Made by a program: the position numbers and the translations under genes. A stretch of 64,000 bases of DNA from Callorhinchus milii (taxonomy: Eukaryota), in the NCBI RefSeq assembly GCF_018977255.1, contig NW_024704742.1, positions 63,242,001-63,306,000 of the forward strand, given 5' to 3'. Under the pieces are notes generated by a model. It searched no databases. It had not been told where the DNA came from and was given only the letters and a program-made list of their open reading frames with translations. Of this stretch, positions 23,589 to 36,529 are shown in pieces (the stretch's first letter is position 1; the number at the start of each line of letters is the position of its first letter).

Positions 23589-26160
23589 CAACAACAACAA
23601 GATTACATTTGTATTGTGCCTTTCACGTCGGGAGGACGTCCCAAGGTGCTGGACAGTGTACAGCATTTCAGACCCGAGCTGGGGTCAGGGAGGGAGAAGG
23701 GAGGGGAGGGGATGGGGGGTGGCTGATGGCATGGTCTAAGAGGAGGGTCTTGAGGCGGGACTTGAAGGAGGCTAAGGAGGGGGTGAGGCGGAGTGTTTGG
23801 GAGATGGAATTCCAGAGGTTGGGGGCAGAGTGGCTGAAAGCTCTCCCACCAATGGTGGGGCGGGTGGGTCGGGGGACGTGGAGCTGGCCGGAGCCGGCTG
23901 AGCGGGGGGAATGGGCGTATTGGTAGGGGGTTAGGAGGTCACAGAGGTAGGGTGGGGCAATGCCATGGAGGGCTTTGTAGGGGAGGACCAGGATCTTGAA
24001 CTAGATCCTCTGAAGGATAGGGAACCAATGGAGTCAGTTGAGAATGGGAGAGATGGGGTCATGGAGTGCGGGAGAAGACACGGGCTGTAGAGTTCTGGAT
24101 TATCTGCAGCCTGTGGAGAGAGGAGTTGGGAAGGCCGACAAGCAGGGCATTTGCATAGTCGTGCCTGGAGGTGATGAAGGCATGAACAAGAGTTTCAGGG
24201 GCCTGAGGGGTGAGGTAGTGGCAGAGTCGGGCGATGTTACAGAGGTGAGGGACGGCAGAGCGGGTCATGGCTTGAATGTAGAGAAGAAAAGACAGGTGAG
24301 GGTCAAACAAGACACCCAGGTTCCTGACTGGCTTGGTGAGTTGTAGTGTGCAACCATGGAGGTTGATGCTGCCAGAGACTGAAGTGCTGAGGCGCTGGCG
24401 TGAGCCGATCAGGAGGGCCTCAGTTTTGTCACATTCAACTGTAGGAAATTTGCCCTCATCCAGGACTTGATGTCCGACAGACAGTCTGTCAGGACAGCAG
24501 TGGTCCTGGAGTTGAGGGTGGAGGCAGAAAGATAGAGTTGGGTGTCATCCGCATACAGACTTCATGTCTGCGAATGATGTCACCAAAGGGAGAGCACGTA
24601 GATATTAAAGAGGAGAGGACCAAGGACAGAGAGCCCTGGGGGACGCCAGATGTGACAGTGCAGCGGCTGGCGGAGAAACCGTTAGAGGCAACGAAGTGGA
24701 TACGGTGAGAGAGATAAGAATCGAACCAGGCCAGGGCAAGTCTGTGATGATTAAATAAAGCGGAGAGGCAGTGTATGAGGATGGAGTGGTCGACAGTGAC
24801 GAAGGCGGCAGGGTGGTCGAGGAGGACAAGGAGGCAGAGGGAGCCCTGATCACAGATGTTCAGAATGTCATTAGTGACTTTGACCAGGGCTGTTTCCGTC
24901 CTATGGGCAGCGCGAAAGCTGGATTGAAGGGATTCAAAGAGGGAATTGCGAGAGAGAAAGGAACGGAGCTGGGACGTGATGACTCATTCCAGAACCTTGG
25001 AGAGGAATGGGAGGTTAGAGATGGGGCATTAGCTGGAGAGGAGGGATGGATCCAGGGAAGTTTTTTTCAGGATAGGGTTGTTTTTAGGGTGGTAGGAACT
25101 GAACCGGTTGACAAGGAGAGGTTGATGACATCGGTCAAGAGGGGGGCCAGAAGCTGGAGCTGGGAGATGAGGAGAGAGGTGGAGATGGGATCAAGGGAGC
25201 AGGTGGTGGGTTTGCGTTTGCGGACAGTCGTGATGAGGGAAGAGGGAGAGATAGGATCGACGGAGCTTAGGGGGGGGATGGGTGGGGGTGGGTCATGAGG
25301 GAGAGGTGATGTGGGGGTGGTTGTGGACAGGGCAGAGGTGGCTGAATGTATCCCCTCGATTTTGGATTCGAGGAAGTCCAGCATCTCCTCACAGTTGCAG
25401 TTTGAGAAGAGGATGGGCATGACATGGGAAGATGGATGGAAGAGACGGTTTGTGGTGGAAAAGAGAAGTCTGGTGTTGTCCTTTGCCTCCAAGATAACCT
25501 TGGAGTAGAAAGAGGATTTGGGGGGGCAAGAGCGCAGCGGTCGGTCTTGATGTGGTGAAGCCAAATCTGTCGATGGACCGTTAGTTTGGATTTGGTCCAG
25601 GTGCGTTCAGCAGCTTGCACTTGTGCCTTGAGGGAACAGAAATGGCTGGTGTACCAGGGGGATTTACAGGAGTATGAGGCAGTTTGGGAGGTGAGGGGGG
25701 CAAGGGAATCCAGAATTGAGGAGAGTGAGTTGTGGAGGGTTGAGAAAGGGGAAGGGGTACCGAGGTGTTGAGGGAGATGAAGTGGTGATCCGAGATGGCT
25801 TTATCGATGATGGTGATGTCCAAGACGGTGAGGCCCCGGGTGATCATCAGGTCAAGGGGGTGGCCATGATCGTGGGTGGGGGAATGGATGAGGAGGGAGA
25901 AGTTAAGGGAAGAGAGGAGGGAGGACAAGTCAGCAGAGGTAGAGCAGGATGGGGTAAAGTGGAGGTTGAAGTCGCCTAAGATTAGGAGGTGTTCAGCGCA
26001 GAGGGAGAGGGAAGTTAGGAGGGTGGAGATGTCCGAGAGGAAGGTGGGGGAAGGCCTGGTGGGCCGGTAAACAAGGAGGATTTTGAGGGAAAGCCTGGAG
26101 AGATGGTAGAGCGTAAGGTGTTCAAAGGAGGGGAAGATTCCGGAGGAGTAAGGGGAAAGG
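23589..26160 (-). mobile_element. Longest L2 LINE copy: decayed ORF2 from the APE endonuclease through RT to the 3' tail
   Basis: Endonuclease motifs LLVYRP, LILGDFNLH, PTHDHGHPLDL and AISDHH; TTCSLDPIST; LVHAFITSRHDYANALLVGLP. Frameshifts and deletions; (CAA)n tail at the left end. Confidence 0.95.
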
Positions 26161-27272
26161 CACTGTATCAAATACAAGTTTATTATTATTATGGGAACCA
26201 GAGATAAAAGAAAAGGGTCAGAGAATGAAACCGCATCCACCCAACTCTCCCTCTTGCTCTCTGGATTTTTTCTGCACATTGAAGGCTTTTGAAAAGCACT
26301 CTGAGTCACTTTCCTGGGTGAACAGAACTATATATATGCAAGTTGTTGTTGTTTTGAAAATGGACCACTGCAATCTGCCTCTGAGGCCAACCTTAAACTT
26401 AATTCAGAAGACTCATATTAGTGCTTCCCAAATCTGTTGTGCATATCACAAACTCTACCCCAATAAGCCAAAAAGTTCTCACCGTTTCTTTTTGTTGGCT
26501 CAATTGTAGAATTAGAAAAGAAATTTGAATTTGAAATTCACTAAGATTAATTAGCTATGAATTGGCATGATTTGTTTTTGATAAAAAAATATTTGAAGTA
26601 CATTCAAATAGATCTTAGAGTGTGACCTGAGCTACATATTGAAGACTTTGATGAATGAGATTATAATCAAAATTAAATGCAATGATAGCAATAGCTCCAC
26701 TAAGAATGCAAGCTCTCTGCAATAGGACAACACTCAAGCTTTGCTCCCCAGTGGAAATCTGAGCTGCAAAAATATGAGACAAAAATATATACAGTACCAC
26801 TTGCTCACTTGTGTACTCATCGAAACCAGACAGTAAAAATAGCTGTGGTAATGTGCAAAATCCACTCGGTCAACGCTGAATATTTAACTGTTGTAATCTG
26901 ACTTCACAATCAGAGAATATTGAAGTGATATCTGTGGCATCTTTATATTGCAAATATCATGTGCTAATGCAGTGAAAAAACAAATTAGTGTTTCATAATA
27001 ATAGTGTTGAATCTGCTGTTGAATTCTGCTCTGTCTTACATATACCACCTTTTATATGATCACAAGAGAGGATCGGATAAAGAAAACCTTTTGGATCTAT
27101 TTGATCACATCCTTCCAGAATACCCAAGCATCAAGTTGTAATAAGGAGGATATGAATTTGCCCACAAAATATACATATCAACAAAGTGATAAAGTGCTAT
27201 ATCAAATGCAAGGATTGCTAGTATTATTATACTAGATTGGGCTCAAACACCTTTCCTTGGTTACGTATCAGT

Positions 27273-27705
27273 ATGTCTGTATGGCTCAGTTGGTAGAACT
27301 CTCGCCACTGAGTCAGAAGGTTGTGGTTTCAAGCCCAATGGTAGGACTTGATACTCATTTAGTATATGCTGACACTCCACGGCATTTCTGGGAGTGTGCT
27401 GCATTGTTACAGGTGACGTCCTTTAGTTAAGATAATATACCGTAGTGGTTATTATCTAATCAATGGAGGTTAAAGATCTTATGGTACATTTCAATAAATA
27501 AATAAATAAAATCCCCCAAATAAAATTGGTCATTCATCTCATGCCTGTTCATGGGACATTGCGGTTTGCAAATTGACTGTACTGTTCACCAACAAATATA
27601 CCATCACTACACTTCACAGTAAAATCCTATAAGTTATGGCAATGCTGCAAATAAGCAATTGGAACATCCTCCTAATATGAAAGACTCTATATAAATGCAA
27701 ATTGA
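27273..27705 (+). mobile_element. SINE family B
   Basis: tggctcagttggtagaactctcgccactgagtcagaaggttgtggtttcaagccc head and degenerate Deu core. Confidence 0.85.
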
Positions 27706-29047
27706 TATTGTATTTGTACTGCAATCTTCAGGCACTTTAACTAAAAGTTCCCCTCATTTAAGTAAACAAAGAAGGTAATTCTTCCTTGCTGACAGCAAGG
27801 TAACAATTCCCTCCCTTGGTTTTCTCAAAAAAAATTGAACAATATGCCTGAGCAAAAAAGCAGCACTTAGGGATGACTGCGTTTTCAAGTTGATTTAAAA
27901 CGTGGCTAGAGATTATATCCTTGGGAAAAATATTAGACAGCTGCAATAAACCTCCATTTGTGCTAAAGGGTTTCCATGTGGTGTAAGTCACAGAAAATGG
28001 GCCAACGACAAAATGCCTGCACGAGCAATTAGAAAAAAGATGACTGATGACACCAAGGTCTATGTGTTAAGGTTTTGTGGCTGACAGAGACAAGTAGGCT
28101 GTCTGGCAGATGGCTGGTGAGTATGGAATGTATCGAGGGTGAAAGCTGGTGCATCTGAATTATGGGCGAAAGAAAAAGCAATCATTTAGGGTTGACTGCT
28201 CAGAACACACCAAAGGCCGCTCAACCGGACCTGCTTATGGTGATAAATGGGACACGATGTGGCTGGAGGTATTCAGTATCACAAGGAACATCAAGTTTCA
28301 TCGAAAGTGCCTAGAAATGTCCCAATGTCGTACAAACGAGATTTGTGTAACCTTTCGCATGGCAAATGTGGCCTGACGAATGGCATATCCAATAATAAAT
28401 CACTTTCAGCATTAAGTGCGATTTTTGTTCCGATTTACTTTGTTTGTCAATTTCTTTTTAGTTGAGTAGGAATTTTTGCTCATTGAACATAAAACGTACA
28501 AAAAATAGAGTTGATTGATAAGGAGAACGGATTAGCCATCAGCGCAGTCGATCCATTTATAAAAGTCTTCAGAATATTGGAGGATCTCAAAGAGAATTTG
28601 ACCATTTTGCCACTGCACTGATAAACCACAGATAACTATGAAGAAATATATAAATACAATTTGCATTTCCATTAAGCAATTATGCATTGATTCCTGATGC
28701 ATATAAATGCAACACTGTAGTGAAACCAGTCCTCCTACTATAATTAATAATAATCTAATTGTACTTAAATCTCCCTATCAAATGCAATAAGGAATCTCAT
28801 CAAACCAATTTATCTCATTTAGTTATTAACCTTTGGTCTAATGCATATTGCTTTCTATTATATATTCAAATCGTCTTGCAGGCAACGTTTTATTTTGTAT
28901 TCAAACCAGCCTGATAATTCCTCATGTGAATGCTACCTACACCATAGAAATTTTCCTGTATCTGGAATGGAATACAAACTCTCCCAGAGGGACATACTTA
29001 ATTACTTAATTCCAGGGAATATAAGGTAAAGCTAGCAAGACCCAATT

Positions 29048-29412
29048 TAGGGGACCGCAGAGCGTGCTTTGGGATACTGCTGGAGTTTAAGCAGTTAAAA
29101 CCACATAGTTTTTGATTGAGAGCATGATCTGGCAAGCTTCTGACTGCTTGTCCAACTGTGACCACCCTAGCCATTAGGGCTTTGGTTTGCAGGGTTAACA
29201 GGAGCTAAGCAGGAAGAATCCCAGCTTTCACATCTAGCCCAGTAAAGCTTGGGTTAGAGGGAGCTGAGGAGAGTGCCAAAGTCCCTGTCAAAGTCAGGCT
29301 GGTTTGTCTGTCATTAGCAGTGCCCTGGACTATTTCAGATCCACCTGGCTCAGGAATCAAACCTCCCGGACTGCCAGAGGATATTGAATCAATTTTGATA
29401 TTCTATTGCCAA
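29048..29412 (-). mobile_element. Family X 3' region copy
   Basis: tactgctggagtttaagcagttaaaaccacatag and cattagggctttggtttgcagggttaacaggagc are the reverse of the 4570-4900 segment. Confidence 0.8.
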
Positions 29413-29664
29413 ACATATCACCTCTTCCCATCCACTCCACCATCAGCAGTCGAGCTTTTAGCTACTGTGTCCTGAGACTCTCTGCCTCAATCCCTCCATT
29501 TTAGCTTCCTTGTCCGTCTTTAGATCACATCTGAAGATCTTCCTCTTCAACCATGCCTACAGTACCTCCTCTCTCTCCCTCGCTCATTGACAAGCGCCAC
29601 CACCTGGAAGCGCTCTGAGATTCTATTCCACATGTAGGGCAATATATAAATGCAAGTTATGTTG
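29413..29664 (+). mobile_element. Old L2 3' end
   Basis: tccaccatcagcagtcgagcttttagc...aaatgcaagttatgttg. Confidence 0.65.
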
Positions 29665-31909
29665 AAATCCAAGCATCTGAGCTTGCGGGGATGCAGAGGA
29701 AATGCTTCTTCTGATCCATTTGCGAAGTCGAGGATCAAGTAGTGATGTGAATTTGTGGCAAACACGGGAAGCGGCTAGAGGGAGGGAGTGCTCTGGCCTA
29801 CACTGATATGTCACTAATCGACCTGGAGGTGGAGGCGGCTTCGCAACGGGCACGTCTATTTGCCAAGGCCCCTCAAATGAGGACATGGATTAAGCAGCTG
29901 GTGCTGAGTAAAATTGGTATGCGGCATTGGACTTGGACCTCAAGAACATCAAGGTGGCTAGCATGTCACAATTTGTCCTGTAAAGATCCCCCCACCACGC
30001 TGAAGGCAGATGCCCATTAGAAAACTGATGAGGAAACTCTGAGGCTTGGGCGAAAGCAGCTGGAAGGCATCTCGGAGTCCAAGTTTGTGAATGAACGTTC
30101 ATACATCCAATGCCTGGAATCCACCTTGATTGGCTGCAGAGAGGCAAACAGCTGCTGCTTAACAACAACAACAACAAGATTACATTTGTAGAGCTCCTTT
30201 CACGTTGGGAGGACGTCCCAAGGTGCTGGACACAGTACAGCATTTCAGACCCGAGCTGGGGTCGAGAGGGAAAGGGAGGGGAGGGGAAGGGGTAGGGAGT
30301 GGCTGATGTCATGGTCAAAGAGGAGGATTTTGAGGCAGGACTTGAAGGAGGCTAAGGAGGGGGCGAGGCGGAGTGATTGGGGGATGGAATTCCAGAGGTT
30401 GGGGGCAGAGTGGCTGAAGGCTCTCCCGCCAATGGTGGGGCGGGTGGGTCGGGGGACATGGAGCAGGTCAGAGCTGGCTGAGCAGAGGGAACGGACGGGT
30501 TGATAGGGGTTTAGGAGCTTGCAGAGGTAGGGTGGGGTGAGGCCATGGAGAGCTTTGTAGGTGAGGACCAGGATCTTGAACTAGATCCTCTGAAGGATAG
30601 GGAGCCAGTGGAGTTGGGCGAGAATGGGGGAGAAGGGGTCACAGAGTTTGGTGCGGGAGAGGACACAGGCTGCAGAGTTCTGGATTATCTGCAGGCTGTG
30701 GAGGGAGGAGTGGGAAAGCCGACAAGCAGGGCATTTGCATAGTCGAGCCTGGAGATGATGAAGGCATGAACAAGAGTTTCAGTGGCCTGAGGGGTGAGGT
30801 AGTGGCAGAGTCGGGCAATGTTACAGAGGTGAGGGAAGGCAGAGCAGGTCATGGTTTGAATGTGGGAGAGCAAAGACAGTTGAGGGTTGAACAAGATGTC
30901 TAGGTTCCTGACTGGCGGTGAGTTGAAGTGTGCAACCATGGAAGTTGATGCTGCCAGAGCCTGAGGTGCTGAGGCGCTGGCGCGAGCCAATCAGGAGGGC
31001 CTCAGTCTTGTTCACATTCAACTGTAGGAAATTTGCCCTCATCCAGGACTTGATGTCCGACAGGCAGTCTGTCAGGACAGCAGTGGTCCTGGAGTTGAGG
31101 GTGGAGGCAGAAATATAGAGTTGGGTGTCATCCGCATACATGTGGAAGTTGACCCCATGTCTGAGGATGATGTCACTAAGGGGGAGCATGTAGGTATTAA
31201 AGAGGAGCGGTCCAAGGACAGAGCCCTGGGGGACGCCAGATGTGGCAGTGCGGGTGCTGGAGGAGAAACTGTTTGAGGCAACAAAGTGGAGACGGTGAGA
31301 GAGATAGGAATCGAACCTGGCAAGGGCAGATCTGCACTCTGCACCTTCAATTGGTGGAATGATCGCTTTGTGGGAAAGAATGTGTGCGCAAGCTGCGGAC
31401 AGGAAGATGGAGGCAATCCTCTCACCTATTTCAACCCGAGATGTGTTGCCCACTGGGAAGCTTGCAGGGAGTTCCTACCATCCACCTAGTGAGTGAAGAT
31501 CAAACCCGCACTTGTCAAATGCCGAATGATCAATTAGTGACTATCCCCCTTGGTGGGGAGGTAATCAGGATCTCCTTGGATCCAAGGTGACATGCCTGGC
31601 AACAGAATGTCGGAATCAAGCCAGCAATATCAAAGGCAAGCTATGTGGATTTAGCTGGTTAGACTCCAGCAGTACCTCAAAATACCCTCTGGGGTCCCCA
31701 AGCCTTGGCTTTTGCCAACTTGAGCCTAATACTTTCAGGAATTAGGTAAAGCAGGTTGCATCCCTCCAGGGAGAGAGTGTGCATTCCATTCCAACAATCT
31801 ATCTCTGGGATTTCCAGAGGTGGGATGCATGGAAATCTTAGCTTGGTTTGGACATTCTTAAGCAAGGATGGGTTTCCGCATGTGTCCAGATACCCAGCTG
31901 ACCAAAAAA
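29665..31909 (+). mobile_element. Family X non-LTR retrotransposon, longest copy (ORF2 C-terminal remnant plus 3' region), interrupted by an L2
   Basis: Decayed ORF ...SLIDLEVEAASQRARLFAKAPQMRTWIKQLV...WTWTSRTSRWL...WLQRGKQLLL [L2] ...[35 protein letters not shown]. Ends cagctgaccaaaaaa. Confidence 0.75.
30161..31330 (-). mobile_element. L2 LINE 3' fragment with a well-preserved RT core
   Basis: [20 protein letters not shown]...[11 protein letters not shown]...[15 protein letters not shown] (ORF 30821-31453); (AAC)n tail. Confidence 0.95.
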
Positions 31910-32899
31910 TTATTGTAACCAATAAACCTTGCAAAGTATTTTGAGACATCCTCCTGACATGAAAGGTAAAGATTATTATTATTATTATTACAGCTCATCG
32001 CATTATTACATTGCAAAATAATCATTTCAGGAATTTCATGGAAAGCTCAGCTCAGAGGGAAGTCATGTACCCTGTTGTCTGGGAGCTCACCATTGAAGCA
32101 ATTGACTGAAATCCCATTTCCCTGCCCTTTACCCATATCATTTTATAGCTTTACAGGGATGACACATCATTAATAGGTTTTCATCACAATAAATTTCAAA
32201 TTGAAACATAACAATAAAGTGGCTTAAATAGTTATAAGTCCTGAGTTATGCGTCCACAAGATAAGGCGGTACTGTAATTAACTCAGCTTCAGTATGCGTT
32301 TGTGGTAATGGGTTCTCATTGTATAAAGAGCAACATATCTCTGGTGGAGACTGAGGTCCTGAGCTCAGAGCCACCTGCCTTGAATCTATCTTTTGAAGCG
32401 TCTGAATCCAGGACACTAAAGTTTAATCAATTGTCAGGGTAAACAGTGAGAGGGCAATGATCGTACTTGCTTTGTACTTCATAATAGACTGAAGTGGGAC
32501 TTGTTGACTGTTTATGAGCAATCGTTTGGTAATTAAGGAGGTACATGAGGATGTATCTCCTCCATTGTATCACCAAATCCTATCCAGGTTCCTTAATTGA
32601 AGCCCCGTTTGAACCTATTGAGTACTTTCACTCCATTGAAGGATACTATTGTTCTCAATCAGTATGCCATTGCACCACACGGATAATGTGCACTGGTTCA
32701 TGCATTGGTCTCCCATCAAAAAAAACACTGTTTGATTGAAATTAATTAATTGATTGATCAAATTGATCTAGCAAATGGCCAGATATTTACCATAGTTTTT
32801 ATCTCAATCAAAGAGGAAGCTAAGTTTAGAGAAGATACACTGCACAGCTAGCACAGGTCTGCTGCATGTCTCCATTGGTGGATGAGGCTTCAGTCACTG

Positions 32900-33105
32900 C
32901 ACTCCTGGCCTCTGGAATTCCCTGTCTCTATTCCTCCACTGTACTTCCTGTCGATCTGTCTTTAAATCCCACTTCATCATCTACCTCTTTGACTACTTCT
33001 GGAGTCACATTCCCCCTCTCCCCTTGCTCGACCAGAATACCATGAAAATCTCTACGATATTATCCTAAATGAAGGGCGTGATATAAATGCAAGTTATTGT
33101 TGTTG
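32900..33105 (+). mobile_element. Old L2 3' end
   Basis: ctctggaattccctg...ataaatgcaagttattgttgttg. Confidence 0.6.
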
Positions 33106-33419
33106 GAGAAACTGCTTTATGGAGAAATGGAATAGGAGAGAGTGGAGTGGAGACTTGAGTGCAGTATAAATATCAGCATGGACTAGTTGGATGATTCGGT
33201 CTGATTCTGTGTTGCAATGTTCTATGCAATTTTATGTAATGATGGCACATGCTGAGTAAAATCACCCGATCAGCTCCATACAGCATACCCTTCATATGAT
33301 ATAACCTTGGCTTAAAATAGCTCCTAACTGCCCTTTCCGGTTCCTTCACCCTCTCATAAACCTTTATGTAAAAAGAACAACAGATCCGTCAGTGATTAAT
33401 TACTCTCTGCTTTTGGTAT

Positions 33420-33530
33420 CCGTGACTAATTTTTCACGCGAGTCAATTAGATGCAAATTGTTCCGTGTTAATCATTTAAAGTACCTAATTGGAAGCGGAA
33501 CCTGTAGGTGACGTGATGCTCATTGGTTAA
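33420..33530. promoter_or_regulatory. Candidate cis-regulatory motif cluster
   Basis: Octamer ATGCAAAT 33451-33458, GGAAGCGGAA 33491-33500, TGACGTGA 33509-33516, ATTGG at 33488 and 33522. Confidence 0.3.
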
Positions 33531-34674
33531 AGCATAACTAAACAAATGAGCCAGATTAGATGATGTTTCATCACAGGAGCCTTGGTTTCTGTCTGAGACT
33601 TATTAAAATGTAAAAGTGTGAGCAAGTCCTGCTGTGCGAGGTTGCAGGAGAGAGATGATCACAAAAAAACCTGCTGCTGTTTAAGAATGATATATGGAGG
33701 TCAACTGTAAGTAAGAGAGAAGAGAACTCTGCTCCCTTGAAGCTCAAGGAAATGAGAGTTCTGAAATAAACTAACCTTCTAATCTGATCAAAGACACAAC
33801 TTGCTTTCTGCACTAGGTTTAAATTAGTGAACCACTTTTGGAGTATATACAAGATCAGGGTCGGGAAAGGTTGTTAGAGCTACAGTTTTAATGATGAGGA
33901 ATGTATTGATTTCTGGGCCTGTTTGTGTCCGACACAGTTACCGCAGAGGAAGAAACACTTCTCAAATGACTTGCCACAGCTCTGCAGTGGTTCATATTTA
34001 ACCCTTTATGACAAGACAAGTGGCTAAAGGAGATAACCTCCTACACTCCATTGGTGTTTGTGGGACATTGCTATCTGCAAAATTGACTCCCATGTTTGTC
34101 CACAAAATTCACAGCCACTATGCTTTACAACATAGCCTGTGACGTGCTTTGAGATGTCCTCCTCATGTTCTTTTATTATTAATAATAACAATCTGAAGCT
34201 TTTTAGGAGTATATTCCTGCAGGCAGGGTATAACCTGCCAGTAAATATGTCTGTTATGTTTCCAACAACCCCTAACATCTTGTTTTCCATTTACAGAATG
34301 ACAATTGACCTGACATTGGTTCATTTAATGCCTAGTCAAAATCCCAGTCATAATTGATTCAAATACATGACAGGGATTTAAGCAAGTCTATGGGGACCTT
34401 GCAAAAGTAAGAACAATGCTTAATGGGATAAAGTAAGTAAACACAGAATAATCAGCAGCTGGAACGGGTTACCATGAAGGGTGACAGAGACCTGGGCATG
34501 ATTTCAGAAGCAGCTTGTTCCTGCAATGGGAAGATGGTAAAATGAGATCAAATGTGCTGAAGCATCTTTTTAACCTGAACATAAGTCATATATGTGGGAA
34601 AATGGATGGAAAATAATTACACCAGAAAACCTTTCCTGCCTCTCCCAAACCTCAGAAAACTCTTCAAATTAGAT

Positions 34675-35085
34675 CCATGGAACCAGAGAAATTTACAGCA
34701 CAGAGGAAAGCCATTCAGTCTATCATGTTTGTGCCAGCTCTTTTAAGGAGGAATCCTTTCAGTCCCATTGCCCTTTCCCCAAACTCCTGTACCTAACTTC
34801 TTTTAGATATCTATCTAGTTCCCTTTTTGAAAGCTAACATGGATTCTGCCTCAACTTCTGCTCCCGCCAGCTCATTTCAAATGCTAACAGATCAGTGCAT
34901 GAAAACATTTCTCTTAACTTCCCCAGTTGTTAATCACTGACTCAGCAACCAGTGAAATAAATTTTTCCCTATTGCCTCTATCATAATTTTAAAGTCCTCA
35001 TTGTGGTCACTCTTGAACCTTCTTAATTCCAACAGAAAAAGTCCCAGTCCTCCAGTCTCTTCTTATCAGCTTCTTTAATTTCTCT
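34675..35085 (-). mobile_element. CR1 3' fragment
   Basis: atttacagcacagaggaaagccattcagtctatc tail; ttccctttttgaaagct and catttctcttaacttcccc are reverse CR1 ORF2 end segments. Confidence 0.7.
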
Positions 35086-35147
35086 TTCAATGGTTTGGAG
35101 GACATGCTTGAAATTGTACAGCATGGACACAATGATCTGCTACAATA

Positions 35148-35392
35148 ATCATAATAATAATCATAATAAACCTTGCATTTGATATACCATCTTATCACGT
35201 TGTTGAGACGTCTCAACATGCTTCACAGAATATATTGTGAAGTGTATTTTGTGGGAGAAGCGCGGCAGTCAATTACCCACAGCAGTGTTCCATAAACAGT
35301 TGTGGATTGAGTGACCATATTATTACCAATGGAAAGTGATCCACCAATCGACTAACAACCAGGTTCCTACTTACTGCTAGATAAACAGAGTC
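35148..35392 (-). mobile_element. SINE family A (long form), 5'-truncated
   Basis: ccaatcgactaacaaccaggttcctacttactgctag and tail. Confidence 0.85.
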
Positions 35393-36529
35393 ATAATAGT
35401 GATGCTATTATCTGACCCTCAATATTGACTTGCTGGTGTTTTTATGTGATCTCTAATGCTTAAAATAGCTTCAGACTGAAAACCTCATCTTCCCACAAGC
35501 AGATTTAAATTCAGTAAGTTTCTGAGAGTACGGTTTTGAAGTGGTGCCAAGCTCTTGTTAGTACTTCTAATGTAATCACAAAAACAATTAAAGGGTAGGT
35601 GGAGAGGAATCTTTACTCAGAGAGTGAGAGCAATGTGGAATCCTCTGCAGAGAACCACTACTGAAACAGAGACCATAAATTATTTTTATAAGAGAATTAG
35701 ATAAATCTTTGAAAAAATTATATCATAATTACATTTGTATTTGTATTATCACATTGTCAAGCATCTAAAATGCTTCATAGGATGCTCTGTAAATATATGG
35801 CTGCATGTATTTTGTTGGCGAGTGGGAGTAAATGCCGGTAGTTCAAGGGTTAATGTGTTGTGAAAAATGGATAATGTAAGTTCGAGCAGGATATTTAAAT
35901 TGAGAACAGGAATATGATATTATCAAGCCTTAAGCAAGATAAGAGATCAGAAGGAATTTTTTCCCCTACAGATTTTTTGATGTGGGAAATAGACTTCCAA
36001 CTGAGGTCATTCATGTTGTTTCAATCCTACTCTAAATGATAATCTGGTTAGGAATATGATTGAAAACTATAAATAATAATAATCCATAACTAATCGTTGA
36101 ATTTAATATAATGCCTTATCACATTGCTGAGGCGTCTTAAAGCCCTTCACAGAATTTTCCATGCTATGGAATCTTTAATGTCCTCTGGAACAGGCAGATG
36201 GGACCTTGGTTTAAAGTTTCACCTGAAAGATGGAATAAGATAACCACAGGTGGAGAGAATACCATATTTCTCTTTAAAAAAATATATGTAAATATTTTCC
36301 TTAAATTGATTCCTGTTCTTTCTCTCAATGCTCCAAGACACTGCGTGAAAGGCACCATATAAATGCTGTTTATTGATTCATGCTTTAATTTGGAGGTTTA
36401 AACAACATTTAAAGAAATGAATCGTGGTTGACCAAAACACATAATGACATCCCACCAAGTTCCTGTCTGTTTGTTTAGGTGGAGTTTAAGATCCCAAGGC
36501 AATATTTGAAAAGAGAAGTTTTTCCTGGT

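Noticed and set aside
30025..30060. CTGATGA...GAAA hammerhead-like boxes in family X
   Set aside because: The intervening sequence does not form stem II, and the site lies within the decayed ORF.
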